A stretch of 64,000 nucleotides of DNA from Leptogorgia sarmentosa. Lineage: Eukaryota. The position numbers were made by a program, and so were the translations under genes. The notes beneath the pieces were generated by a model, which was not told the origin of the DNA, searched no databases, and saw only the letters and a list, made by a program, of their open reading frames with translations. The first letter of the stretch is position 1; each line of letters starts with the position of its first letter. Where the stretch lies: positions 3,534,001-3,598,000 of the forward strand of contig OZ210885.1 in the NCBI GenBank assembly GCA_964658305.1, given 5' to 3'. Of the stretch, positions 22,201 to 34,700 are shown one piece after another.

Positions 22201-25200
22201 TTGGACATTCTGGTTCTTAAATGGTTTTTGATTATTTTTAATTTGCTAAGTGTTCTTTCACATCCCGCAGTACTAACCGGAAGTGTCATAGCAATTTTGA
22301 CAGCTTTACAGAGTTCCGAAATGCTAAGTTTAAAGGATTTAAAAATTCCGCAAATTTAGATCCGACTTGGTCGCATGGATCCAGGCTTGTGTAGCCTTTA
22401 GTCGCTCTCAGTGACTAATAATTTAGGGGGGCAAAATGGGGCGGGGCAGAAAAAAATTTGGGGGGGGGGGGTATTTGCCCCCCTTGCCCCCCCCCCTGGC
22501 GCCGCCACTGGTAATAACGGTTTAGTCCATGGAACTGGGAAATTTATCTGCGCCGAATTTTTTCTTGGAGGGAGGAATTGAGTACTGTAGTGCATAAAAA
22601 TTACGCATCGCTCATTCAAAAGTACTTTTAAAACCACGTTTGAAGAAACTTCTCAACCTCCCTTAGTACACCTCAAATTTCTGGCATATAGTTAAAGTGT
22701 CGGCGATTGAAACAATTTGGTTGTTTTCCCAATTGATTATTCAATTTTATTTGTTTTTATCCCTCCTATTTAGCGTCCTTGAAAACGCCGACCAAAATTA
22801 ACGACAGTTACACAGTATCACTGATAAAGCCAAGAAAAGAGCAAAATATTAAGTAAGTTGACATGAAATAGTTAATAATTTGAAGCAACTCACTTTTGTG
22901 TCTATAATGAATTCATTTTGTTGTAAAATATGTCTTTGTTTTCTTGTCTTTGAACTCTTGTAAACTGTTCTGAGTTACTTTACTTACCTTGAGCTAACTG
23001 ACGTGCGAAAGTTTAGTCAGACGAAACTGTAGGTGAAAGTTGTAACTAAACTGCAACTACTGCAAATTGCAAGAAGAAACAAGGTTCCAGATAGTGAAAT
23101 TTACACACAGATACTTTCTTTTCGTAGGAATGTCGCTCTTGTGTTACTCAAATCAAAAAATCTCCTGGCACCAGAAGAAGTTGAGCTGCGGTTGTCGCCT
23201 CCTTCAGTTGAAGAAAACGATATCGCCTTTAAAGCTAAAGTATTTGATGTAACGGAGTTTCAAGAAGATACAATAGAAATATCACTTCAACAGACTCCAG
23301 ACAAACGACGAAGAAAGAGAAATGCTGTTGTAGTTGAGGCATTGTCACCTATGTCAACCTACAGAGCTGCCCAATTAAACACTGACGAGTCTGAGGTAGG
23401 TTAAAATTTCTTCTCTGCGCAGGAAGTTCATGCAAAAAACGACTTTTAAAACGCACCCATGTCAGAAATATGGCGACGTCCAGGGCCGTCGCTAGAACGT
23501 TAATTGGGGGGGTGCATATTCATATTTTGGCGTTCTGCCGACTGATTTCTTTAGAAATTAATTCATAAACAACTGATTTCAAAAGAAATCAGTCGGCAGA
23601 ACGCCAAAATATGAATATGCACCCCCCCAATTAACGTTCTAGCGACGGCCCTGGCGACGTCAAATGATCATTCAAAACCTCAACATCTATTTGGGGTAAA
23701 GTCGGGGAGCTCTTCCTAACCTTTGCATGTCATTGCAATTCCTATTCGTGGCGACTAGCAGGCTTACAAGATCTTGTTTATAACCCATGATTTCAGAACC
23801 GTAACGAATAAATGTACTGTCGCAATAAGGAATAGCGACATAGATAGTTGTTTAACTGAAATTTGGCATTTTTTTTAGAATGAACGTTGGTCATATTGGA
23901 GTGAACCTTTTACTTTCATTGGAGGTAGGCTATATGTATTTATAAAATAACCGGAAGTAAGTGAAAGACTGCGCGCGTGATTGGCTAACAGTCGTGTTGA
24001 TGTGAGATTATGTATATTGTGAAATGTGAGATTATTTCCACACATTTCTCGTTCTCCCAAACTTGCCCTCGTGTTTACATAACTCGATGCAAACATGCAA
24101 AATGTTCTCAATTCCTTAAATACAGCTAAGGCTATATACTTGCGAACTTCAAACCTGAACTGAAACTTCAAACTTGAACTGAAACTATAAGCGTACAAAG
24201 CATGATGGGAGCCGCATTTTATCAGTCCAGAAATCATATATGAGGCTCATTCCTTAGGACAATGGTACACGACTGCTATATACAATAAAAACCCAATATT
24301 TATAGTTTCCGGGCTTGAAGTCTTGCTGCCCTATATGCTTTGCGCGCTCACAGTTTGGAAATTTTAATTTAACGTTTGCAAAGTAGTTGTAGTCTGTTTA
24401 TCAAATCCTCTTAATAAAATCTCAGTGCGATATGTTATATTTTAACATTATTTGGGAATCTTATTGCAAATTCTTCAAGTGTTGTATAATTTAGTCATTC
24501 AGATTTCAGATATTTTAAAAAATAGATGGCGGATACGCCGCAAGGTAAAAAGTATTTTTAAACCAATATCTATTCATGACAAAATTAATTTTCTTGAAAT
24601 TTTTTTATAAAATATTTTTGTATAGTCAGTAATCAAGGTAAAGAAGATGAAAGTAAATCACTTTCTTGCTGGTTTATTTATTCTGTTCATGAAATCAAAA
24701 TAACGTTGACAAAATGTTGGATGAAGATGCAATATTCTGAATTCTTGTATTATAGACGGTAAAGATGAGAAGCAATGCAGTAGTGAGAAAATCCAAATAG
24801 ATCTCCTGATTCCTCTGGTTATTTTTATTCTTTGTTTTCTGCTGTTACTTGGTGTAAACATATATCAACGTCGTCTCATTCAAAATTATAAAAAGCTATC
24901 TGGCGGGGACTACGAGGTACCAGAAAAGGCAAAAGCAGACCAAACGATTAAATCTAGTATGTATACTTATTCTTTCAGTTAAGTTATTCTATTAACGTTA
25001 AATGAAATTTGTCAGCAGTATACTGTAGTACATGAAAACGCAAATCTTAAAATATAACTTGCTTCTCTTGATCTACAACCTATATCTTGTTTAAACTCGT
25101 TGCAAGACATTTTTATTTTGGTATTCAGGCTTTGCCAAGGTTATAGAAGTAATATCAGAGAGAATGCATAAACATGGCAGTGTTCTAAACTCGGCCTCAA

Positions 25201-26384
25201 ACGAAAAGTCCTTTTGGGGCCTGCCCGTTCCAAAATCTTTCGGTTTATGAACACTTGTTTGGCCAAAAAGCACGCGGAAGAGTCATGTATCAGCTAATAT
25301 TATACCTCAAATTCAAATTGTCCAATGAAAAACCAGCATTTGTACCACGTGAGAGTGTGATTTTTTACGGTATTTCACTCAAATTCCTGATTTCGCAATC
25401 CAGCGTGGGATACTATAATATCCCACGGCAGATCCACCGTGGGATATTATAGTATCCCACGCTCACGCGTGACGCGTGGGCAACAGACGCTTAGCATAGC
25501 TAATTAGCTATGCAAAATGGCGGGCGAGCAAGACTCGGACGAAGAAATAAATAGACTTTTTGAAAACAATGATGCAAAAATGTTTTGTTCGGTATAATAT
25601 ATCATTTATAGACCCTCCGCTCGGGGGATTCGCCGTAATATTTCCCTCAGTAATGATATTTTCCTCGGGGCAAAGCCCCTCGGAAAATATCATCACTTCG
25701 GGAAATATTACGCCGAATCCCCCTCGCTCCGGGTCTATAAATGATAATAATACACTTCTCAAATCATAATTCTCATTGACCGCGGAAGATTGATAATTGG
25801 GGGGGGGGGCTCATATTCATATATTCGAGTTCACAAATCTTGATTTCAAAACAACCCATAACAATTGACTTCAAAAGGAATAAGGAATGCAAAACACGAA
25901 TATATAAATATTAGCCCCCCCCCCCGTCATTTGTTGAACTTCCGCTGTCGCTGAATTTAACCCATGACAGCCTGTTGTATATTGCATATCCGTTAGGGTT
26001 ATCTCGAGCGTTTGTTTCGTGCGGATGTACTGACAATGATAACTGATTATCAGTGATTTAAAATGCAAGAGATGCATCAACACCTTTCTTAATTCCATTC
26101 CAGTTCTTGAAGGTAACAACATAACTGTGAAAGCCGTCAAAGCTGCTACCGGCAGTGATTTGAACAAGAATGATGGATATGAATCACCTGACTGCTTTGC
26201 TAAAGGGAACAAGCAAAATGAAACTGAATCTCAACAAGAACTTTCTGCTGCAGAAGAATCCTCGACTTACATGTCTTTGAAAAACCGCAGAGATCCTGAG
26301 AACGTGTATCAATCGCTACAATACCCCAATATTCAGACCGTGGAATATGAAAATCCCACATTTACGTCCAAAGGGCAAATTTAG
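16291..26384 (+). CDS. Receptor paralogue 2 (full domain set, frame intact)
   Basis: Exons 16291-16698, 17218-17529, 18353-18649, 19121-19398, 19748-19874, 20368-20646, 21469-21744, 22774-22852, 23128-23395, 23879-23924, 24756-24956, 26104-26384. All AG/GT, in frame. Confidence 0.85.
21788..22510 (-). mobile_element. Non-autonomous hAT transposon (internally deleted), 723 bp
   Basis: TIRs CAGTGGCGGCGCCAGG / CCTGGCGCCGCCACTG with a perfect 8-bp TSD GTAATAAC (21780-21787, 22511-22518). It carries a hAT C-terminal dimerisation fragment (LPVSTAGCERTLSKLKIIKNHLRTRMSNSRL, 22044-22289 -). Absent from the same intron in copies 1, 4 and 5. Confidence 0.92.
23481..23653. mobile_element. Palindromic hAT-type MITE, 173 bp
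   Basis: Near-perfect hairpin (CAGGGCCGTCGCTAGAACG...CGTTCTAGCGACGGCCCTG) with 8-bp TSD GCGACGTC. Present only in copy 2. Decayed relatives at ~12160-12300 and ~12900-13040. Confidence 0.9.
25297..25747. mobile_element. ~450-bp insertion with a terminal palindrome, copy 2 intron K-L
   Basis: Absent at CAGCTA|TATAATACAC in copies 1, 3 and 4. 25600-25746 (TATCATTTATAGACC...GGTCTATAAATGATA) is a long hairpin. Confidence 0.7.
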
Positions 26385-28357
26385 ATTCAACAAAAGCCTT
26401 TCGTCGAAGATCGTTTTGTAGTGACCGGAACTTTTGCTGCATGTAGAGTGGCCAGAGTGCATTTTTCTCGGATATACGTAAGAGGGTTTATAACCACACA
26501 TCTTTATTTATATTTTAACAAGGGTAAGAGTGTTAGCTAGAGTGTTAATTAAGGGGGAGGGGTGCCTATGCATATATTCCTGTTTTGCCCAACGGATTTT
26601 TATCAAAATTAGTTTTTTTTAAACAAAAAGAAATCCGTCGGGGAGAACATGAGTACATACGAATATTCACCCCCCTCCCCCCCAATTACCTCTGTAGGTA
26701 CCGCCCCGATTGTGAAAATTTTAACGTCTTACAAAAATGCATGAATAAGCCTATAGCATTTAATACCATTTTACTCCATATTATAATTAATTTAAACGCG
26801 TATTTAGTACTTTTTAGCTACTACATAATCATGATAACAACAAATATCTATGTTGGATATTTGTATTGGTGTATTTTGAAAAACAGTTATCGTATTTCTT
26901 CATATTAACGTTATTAAACTAAATGTAGTTCTTAGAAAATGCCATGGAAATGATCCAACAGCATAGATACATCTCTTGACAAATAACGTATATTTTGTGT
27001 TGAAAAATAAATGTGTGTTTTTTTCATTTGATTTTCCCCTTATTCATATTATACTACCTGATTTTGAAAATAAAAATGATATTTCAGTCGTTGAAAAATA
27101 ATGATGGTATAAGTAATGCGAAATATATCTATTATTTAATTATAATATATGGATAAAAAAGGAATTACAGTAAGTAGATAATAAATGGTGCAGTAGTCTT
27201 GCATGTATAAACTTCGTCCATATGATTTTTATCAACACTTTAATGAATATATTAAACTTTACAACGAATAATTTTGCAATCATTGGCTACGGAGTACTCT
27301 TCAATGTTTCTAACGATATTCATATCGTCCCTTGAGCGATTAAACATATAAACTGACTGCCCTCCTCCCTTTTGGCAATCTATTTTTTACATTTACCTGA
27401 CATACATTCTGTAGAACATAATTCGTGAGCGCTGAGCATTCATAATGTCGGAATATAATCACGTATATATACGATTAATCAATTCAATTTACAATCGCAA
27501 ATACCCATCAAACTATATTATTTGGCTGATTCATTGCGCATGCGCAGAATTGTTTTTTATTTTTCTTCGTTTTTTCAACATCCCAACATTGTAAAAGGGT
27601 TATAAAAAGCAATAATAATCAACGAAGAAGCAAAAAAAATTTTTTGGGAGAAAAAACCCGAAAAGAATTCGTTAAGGTCTCTACTTTCCGCACAGGGCTA
27701 CCTCCTGGTAGATCGCCAGTAGCTTACTAAGGCAACCAGAACGCATCAAAATTTGTTTTTTGGTTCATGAAAACAATCCCAAGGAGAATGATTTTACGGA
27801 TAAATAGATTGGATTTTCAATCATTTGAATTTAGAGACTATATATATATTTAGAGAGTGCTTACACTTTCAAAACGTAAAATTTCTGGAATCAAATAAAT
27901 TTTAAAATCAGTGAACAGATTGAATGCAGCTAGGCCAGCTTTTCATATATAAATACGGAAGAGTTTAGTGCAAACAATATATTAACAAACTCGCCTTATG
28001 AATCCATAACCGTTTCTCCTTGCTTCTCTGCCTTTTCTAGTATTTATGTCTTCTCAGGAATCTTTTAAAGTAGCCCTTGACTTTGTTTTGGCCTTTTCGA
28101 AAGCCTTCTAGCTTTTTAGCTTTTTAATGATATTTTTAAATAACGATTGAAGGTACAGACATCAGGAGTATAAAAGTCTAATACAGGATATTGTTTACTT
28201 TTTGAATACTCGTGGGTACAAAACAACATGAAGACCTGATTTTTTTAAATTCAGCGTCTCATGCAAGTGCACGTGTAATGTAGACTGACGATCGCATGTC
28301 TGAGGATGATTCTATATTGAAACACTGCGAAGTAATGACACACACGCGTGAAATATT

Positions 28358-29066
28358 AAACAGTTATTGAATCAGGTAAGATATGTTGAATTATTATGGC
28401 AGAGGTTTGTGTTATCTGCCGAAGCCGATTATTATTTTACATTTATTATTGTCAATCAGTTCTCTATTTATTTGTAATTTTATTGTATTTAGGTTAAAAC
28501 GTTTGCATTTTAAACAAGAACCTTTCTTTAAGGAAGCCATATAAATTAGTGTGACGTCATAATGTCATATAATTTTCGATATACGACCAATTACGTCATA
28601 ATGTCGTATTTTACTGAATGGATATGAGGATTTTATCCACAGCCGAAACTCTTATAATTGTTATTATTTATTTACAATATTTCAAGAGTTTTGTTTGTTA
28701 AGAGCAGTGGGTGAATTCGTCATATCTGCTCGGTAAAACACATATACGACATTATAACGTAATTATGTCGTATATATTGGAAATTATATGACATTATGAC
28801 GTCGACTAATCTATGCTGCTGATGTTAAAGGAAGCGAAAAATACAAGTTCTTGTTTATAATTCAACCGTTTACATCAAGTTGGATAAAGATACAAATAAA
28901 TAATAAGACAATTATTAAATTCGGTTCTCGTAGGAAATCGGCTGAATTATTAAAGCCTCGGTTTGTGTTATTTGTCTCAGCCTTCAGCAATTAACATTCG
29001 GCAAATAACACAAACCTCACCCTTAATAATTCCTCATATCCTACTCGACCTCATTCAATAATTGTT
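28358..29066. repeat. Nested inverted-repeat (foldback) element remnants
   Basis: GACGTCATAATGTCATATAATT...ATGTCGTAT (~28550-28608) versus ATACGACAT...AATTATATGACATTATGACGTC (~28744-28803), flanked by GAGGTTTGTGTTAT / ATAACACAAACCTC arms. Confidence 0.55.
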
Positions 29067-29872
29067 GATAATTAGTGCATATATTTTTCATTTCGTTGAT
29101 TATTGAGAAATAATGTGATGCGGAAGTATATGCTCTTACTCTTTCAGTATTCAAAATCAACGAAAAAATGTCGTGGCTTTTTCATCGATGGCTTTCTTAT
29201 TTTAGCATATCCTTGCTGGTGTTTGAAGGTAATGTGTAATAGGTTGTAGTCAGTACAGCAACAGTACTGACAATATTTTTTACCCCAATTGCCCACCAAT
29301 ATCGATACTTGAGAAAGTTTAAGGCTTCAAGATTCGCTTTCAAGTGTCAAACGTCAAGCAGCAAAGACAAACTGACAAAGTTTCAACCGTAAGCAGTAGA
29401 ATGTTAATGGACTATTGTTAAATTATTCCTTTGACATGAGAAAGAAAATGGTTAAACCAATATTCCGCGGCAAGAGTTAGACCTTCCGTTCGCTGTTCAT
29501 CGAAGCATAAACTCCCTGGTAATATGAGTCTAAAAATAAAAATGTATGTTATAATTGGTTTACAAATGTTTTGCTTACGATGAATTATACAGTATTCGTA
29601 GTGGCATTAATGATCAAGACTATATAGGCTGAGTTTATTTTTATATATACATTCCATAAACATCATTGACGTCTTAGGTTCTGGGAGTTGCTTCAGGAAC
29701 AACAACTTGGTTCAGGAAGTTGTGATATTATAGTTGCCTGTTAACTGTTGTATATCTCTGGGTAGAAGGTTTGTAAATTACACTCAAACCCTATAGTTAT
29801 TATTAGTACTCTGATTATATAGCATATTCATCTCTTCTGTATATATTCTGTTACGAATTGTGATATTTTATT

Positions 29873-29930
29873 ATTTACCTGAGGAGTGTGGCAAGTTCAA
29901 CTAGCCATACGAAACAGTTTTGTAGTAAAT
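29873..29930 (+). ncRNA. Type I hammerhead ribozyme motif
   Basis: AUUUAC-CUGAGGA-GUGUGGC(loop)GCCAUAC-GAA-ACA(GUUU)UGU-A-GUAAAU. Stem I 6 bp, stem II 7 bp, stem III 3 bp, complete core, GUA cleavage triplet. Confidence 0.8.
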
Positions 29931-29957
29931 TTTCGATGAAGTAACTTGTGTTTCTCA

Positions 29958-29960
<3 letters not shown>

Positions 29961-30010
<50 letters not shown>
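29961..30010. repeat. (TA)n microsatellite
   Basis: About 25 TA units. Confidence 0.95.
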
Positions 30011-30011
<1 letters not shown>

Positions 30012-30196
30012 GATAAATTTTTGGTTAACGAAATGCCAAAAGAGTGCTCGATACCATATAGATAGAGCAAATAGTATAGTTTTGCCTCAAAAAGGTGCCA
30101 CTACAGCCTGTTTCATCCAAAAGAGCCACTCGGAAAGCACTTAATAACATAATTATCTTCGCAAATACAATACTTAATACATAAGGTAATGTCGGA

Positions 30197-30238
30197 GCCA
30201 TCTGATGATTCCTTTTGGATGAAACAGGCTGTAGTGGC
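30197..30238 (+). ncRNA. Minimal type I hammerhead ribozyme motif (Penelope-LTR type)
   Basis: GCCAU-CUGAUGA-UUCC(UUUU)GGAU-GAA-ACAGGCUGU-A-GUGGC. Stem I 5 bp, short stem II with a U-U closing pair, near-palindromic stem III, GUA triplet. Confidence 0.7.
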
Positions 30239-30253
30239 ACCTTTTTGAGGCAA

Positions 30254-30256
<3 letters not shown>

Positions 30257-30336
<80 letters not shown>
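30257..30336. repeat. (TA)n microsatellite
   Basis: About 40 TA units. Confidence 0.95.
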
Positions 30337-30338
<2 letters not shown>

Positions 30339-31787
30339 AAACGTATAACAATGTGCCCTCCCGCGCGTTATCACCATAATGGCCTTATGGCAACTCCTGA
30401 ACTTGGGCACAGGATGTACGGTCATATATATATATATTTTATTATATAAAATATTATAATTATATTATATTTTATTAAGCTTTCGGCTCGTTACTTCGAG
30501 ATATAATTATATTTAAGATTGGCGCTTTTGGTCTTGTATACGTTGGGATAAAACAAACCAACACAACAATCCAGTCATTCCAATAATACCACACTCAATA
30601 ACAATGTTCAATCAACCATGACAACGCATCCTTCGACCACCAATAATACCAGTTCAACCTCCAAACAGCCAATCAAGCGATCCCAACGTATACAAGACCA
30701 AAAGCGCCAATCTTAAATATAATTATATACATGTAATAATTCATACATTCTGAAGAAGGCTCGAAGTAACTAGTCGAAAGCCTAATAAAATAACATTTTT
30801 AAATCCAGAGAGCATTTTTTTTATATATATATATTGAAAAAATGTTCTCCGGATTGAGAAATGTTATTTTATTAAACTTTCGACTCGTTACTTCGAGCCT
30901 TCTTCAGAATGTATTAATTATTACATGTATATAATTATATTTAAGTTGTTTATTAACGTATATAAAAACGAAACGAACACGAGTTATATATATCGTTTGG
31001 TATATATGAGAATGCTCACACCAGACGCATGTGATACACACCGAGATAACATAGGGTCAGGCTACCTGGAGGTTCATAAACTTCCGAACGTGCGGCGATC
31101 GTCTCCCGATAACCCTCGACATTACCTTATGTATTAAGTATTGTATTTGCGAAGATAATTATGTTATTAAGTGCTTTCCGAGTGGCTCAAACGACCACAA
31201 GGAACGCGAGCTTTGCTCTCGCCCCAAAGTATAAATATAGGTATTCCTATAATATACCTATTTATAAAAATGTTGAAAAACAATATATATATGATGCATA
31301 TATTGACGAATACAATCGTGTTTAAGCGTGCATTGACTTGCACATTGACAGCGTGCATGTAACTGTTAAATATTAGGTATTGACCTATTATATAGAAATT
31401 TTAATTTCTTAAAAGATATCTTTGTAAAGCGCACTGACGCCATCGATTTTCTGCCCTTGAGAGTTCAAAGGAGCCTTCGTAAATTCTGAAGAAGTATATT
31501 TCGTCAACATCGTGCTATAGGCTTTGAAATTCTAACAATGGATTATTTTAATAAATGTTTGTGATTTTTTTTGTACACCATGTATATGACAAATTGCACA
31601 CAATAATCATTCTGTGCAGCTAAAATATATTCAAGTCTTAAAGATTGGGTAGAAAGCAATATCAATGTTTCGCGGGATCAGAACTTGTTTAGCTTGAGTA
31701 TATATATACTCGCGCGGAAATTATTTTACTGAACTTTCTTTGTTATCAGTGTCATTGCAGTTTCAATTTTCATCCTTCTCAATTTAG

Positions 31788-34700
31788 ATTGTCGAGGCCT
31801 TTTCCTCAGGTATACCCAGACTGGAAAGTGTATTACGCCATCGGAAGAACTCGCGTACGATGATCCAAACGCCGCTTTTCCTTACTATGTTGTATTGACT
31901 GACAACTGCTTGAACGATACAGCACAATTCCGTTATCTTGACAAGCCGCTGTTATTCAATATTGAGAAGCAAGGAACGCTGTGGCCTCCCAACCACTTTT
32001 CCTATAAGTCTCGTTGGTGGGTTTACAACGGCGTAGATCCCGAGAGAGTTAGGAGGGAAATCAACAGTCTCAATTATTTAAAACAAACAGCTGCAGGGTC
32101 TTTATTCTTGTACAATAAGGATGTATGTGCTCAGCCCAGTTCATCAAATTATCTATTACGTGCAACGTGTGGTAACACAGCAGAGCAAAAGTTTACCTTT
32201 GGTAAGTGAGATAATATTATACTGGACACCGCGCACAATTATGTCGAAAGAATGAAACTGATTACTATATTCGTTTTCTCCCCGACAGATTTGTTTCGAA
32301 ATAAACTTTCGTCGAATCATGGCAAACATTAGGCTTGAAAATTCTTCATATTGTGCGAAAGCTGGATTTAATAACTATTGTATTATTTATTTACAGTCGA
32401 TTTCAGGTCCCTTTTTAAAGCGCGATTCTCAGGTTTTATTTATTTATTTATTTATTTATTAAGCTTCGCCACTTGCAACATACAAGTGGCAGGGTCACCA
32501 CAACAGTATACACCAATTACTGTGGGCCCTTTAAGACACAGTACAATTACAACGAAACGCAACCATACGATACGATACAATACGATACGAAACAATACGT
32601 ACAAGATTCAACTTCCACCAACACTGCCGCCATTGACAATATTGTTTCGAGCTAACCAATACATGCACACCAGGTCAGCGAGAGGTAGCGGCAGTGGCGG
32701 TGAAAGCCAAATCCCAGACTGGCTAAAAACAACAAGAGATTGGACTAGCCAGGCTTCGAGCCTTGTTGCACTTTGGGCAAATAGATTTCCATGTCCGTGG
32801 ATTATTTTGTTCATAGACTAGATTTAAGGCAGAACGATAGTAGTCGAGTAATAAAGTTTTAAAATTGACTAAGCTTAAAGATTGATGTCTCAGTTCATCA
32901 GGCAGAATGTTCCATGTTCTGGTCGATTTGTTGATGAACGAGCGTTGAAATGTCACCGTTCTGCATTTCGTCTCACGGAGCAGGATGCTTTCTGGGTTGC
33001 TCGTGGCTCTTGTTCTTCTCGAGTTCCCAATTACGATCCTTTCTGGAATAATGTCATCGCTAACATCCACCAGACCATTCATCATCTTGAATAAGAGCAC
33101 TAGGTCTAAATATTCGTGCCAGAAACTAAGTGGTAATAACTTGCTTTCTATAAGCCGATACTTGTAGGTGGTCTGACAGTCATATGGAAGGTTTAAAATA
33201 AATTTGGATGCACGACGCTGCACTCGCTCTACTCGTTTGATCAGTTCGATTGTCTGAGGAGCCCAAGTCTGCGTGGCGTAGCCGATATGAGGTCGTACGA
33301 TCGCTAGGAACAGGCATCTTCTTGTTCTAGGGTTTCTTATCTCCTTGCACGATCTCTTGATGAAACCCAACAGTTTGTTTGCTTTTGAGCTCTGTTCAAC
33401 AACTTGCTTGTTCCAAGTCAAGTCACTATGAATCCACACACCGAGGTCCTTTTCCTGCTTTACATCACTAAGTAGTTGGCCATTCATAGCGTATGGATAG
33501 ATTAAGGGTGTTTTTCTCCTTGTGATGCGCTGAGACTTACATTTCGAATCATTGAACGCCAGTCCATTGAGTGCGGCCCAAGAATTGAGGTTGTCGATGT
33601 CACTTTGAAGATCAACGCTATCGTGTCGACTTACAACTCTCTTCAGGACTTTGGTGTCATCGGCGAAGCAAGCCACTTTTGATGACAATACGGCCTTGGG
33701 TAGATCGTTCACATATAGGACAAAAAGTACTGGTCCTAGAATCGAGCCCTGTGGAACTCCCGACGTCACCTCTTGTTCATGAGATGTTGCCCCAAGTACT
33801 GTCACTCGTTGTCTTCGACCACACAGATAAGAAGTGAACCAGCTCAACAAACTCCCGGAAATGTTGAATTCCCGCAATTTGGCAATGATGAGAGAATGTT
33901 GAACCTTATCAAAAGCTTTAGACATGTCTAAGTATATCACATCAGTTTGCTGGCCGGAATCCAGCAACGAGCCAATGTAGTTGAGAACTTCGACCAATTG
34001 GGTTACAGGATCTACCTGGAATAAAACCATGTTGCGCTCGGTGTAGCATTTGCAAGAGGTGATCCCGTAGTCTGACCAGAACACACCGTTCAAGGACCTT
34101 TGATATGCAGGGATATTGGACGATAGTTCTCTACATATTCCTTGATTTCTTTCTTGAACACCGGGACAATGTTTGCCAGCTTCCACTCATCTGGAAACAC
34201 ACCTGCGTTGAGCGACTGATTGTATAGTAGTGTTAGTGATGGTGCAATTTGTTCAGCCGTTTCTTTCAAACGTCTTGCGGAGATCTCGTCAGGTCCAGTT
34301 GCTTTAGTAACATCAAGTGAACGAAGGGCGGCGACTACTTCGCAAGGGGAGAGAGAAATTTCGGAGAAGTCCGGCCCGCTAGTAGGTGGTAATTGTGGGC
34401 CGTGGTACGACCGTGTCACTGGAGAATATGGATGCAAAGTGATTATTGAAGACTTCCGCGATCTCAACAGGTCCGGAGACTAATTTCCGAACAGGTTTAC
34501 CTGTTTCCGTGTCGTGAATAGTTGATGGTATTGAAACTTGTTGAGGAACACTGCTCGCTTTGTCCGAGAGTTTGAAAGCAGACCAGAATCTTTTCGGATT
34601 TGACTGAATAACTCGTTCAAGCGACTGAAAGTATCTAGCTCGGCTTTCGTTGATCATGCGTTTGACTGTCGACCGCAGTTGCTTGAAATTGGCGATCAAG

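Larger units (their letters stand above)
29810..31190. mobile_element. Cluster of Penelope-like LTR fragments in direct and inverted orientation around (TA)n tracts
   Basis: Inverted pairs 30076-30122/30213-30260, 30126-30194/31117-31185, 30501-30549/30680-30728 and 30730-30830/30835-30930, with CTGA.GA...GAAA motifs. The insertion is specific to the region upstream of copy 3. Confidence 0.6.

Noticed and set aside
25508..25769. Mirror ORFs on both strands (FIDP...GG...VIFP)
   Set aside because: Artefact of a palindromic repeat element.
30174..30425. ORFs with YIYIYI runs (also 56683-57043)
   Set aside because: These are translations of (TA)n microsatellites.
32378..32821. 147-aa + strand ORF
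   Set aside because: Antisense to the LINE 3' UTR and (TAAA)n tail, low complexity.
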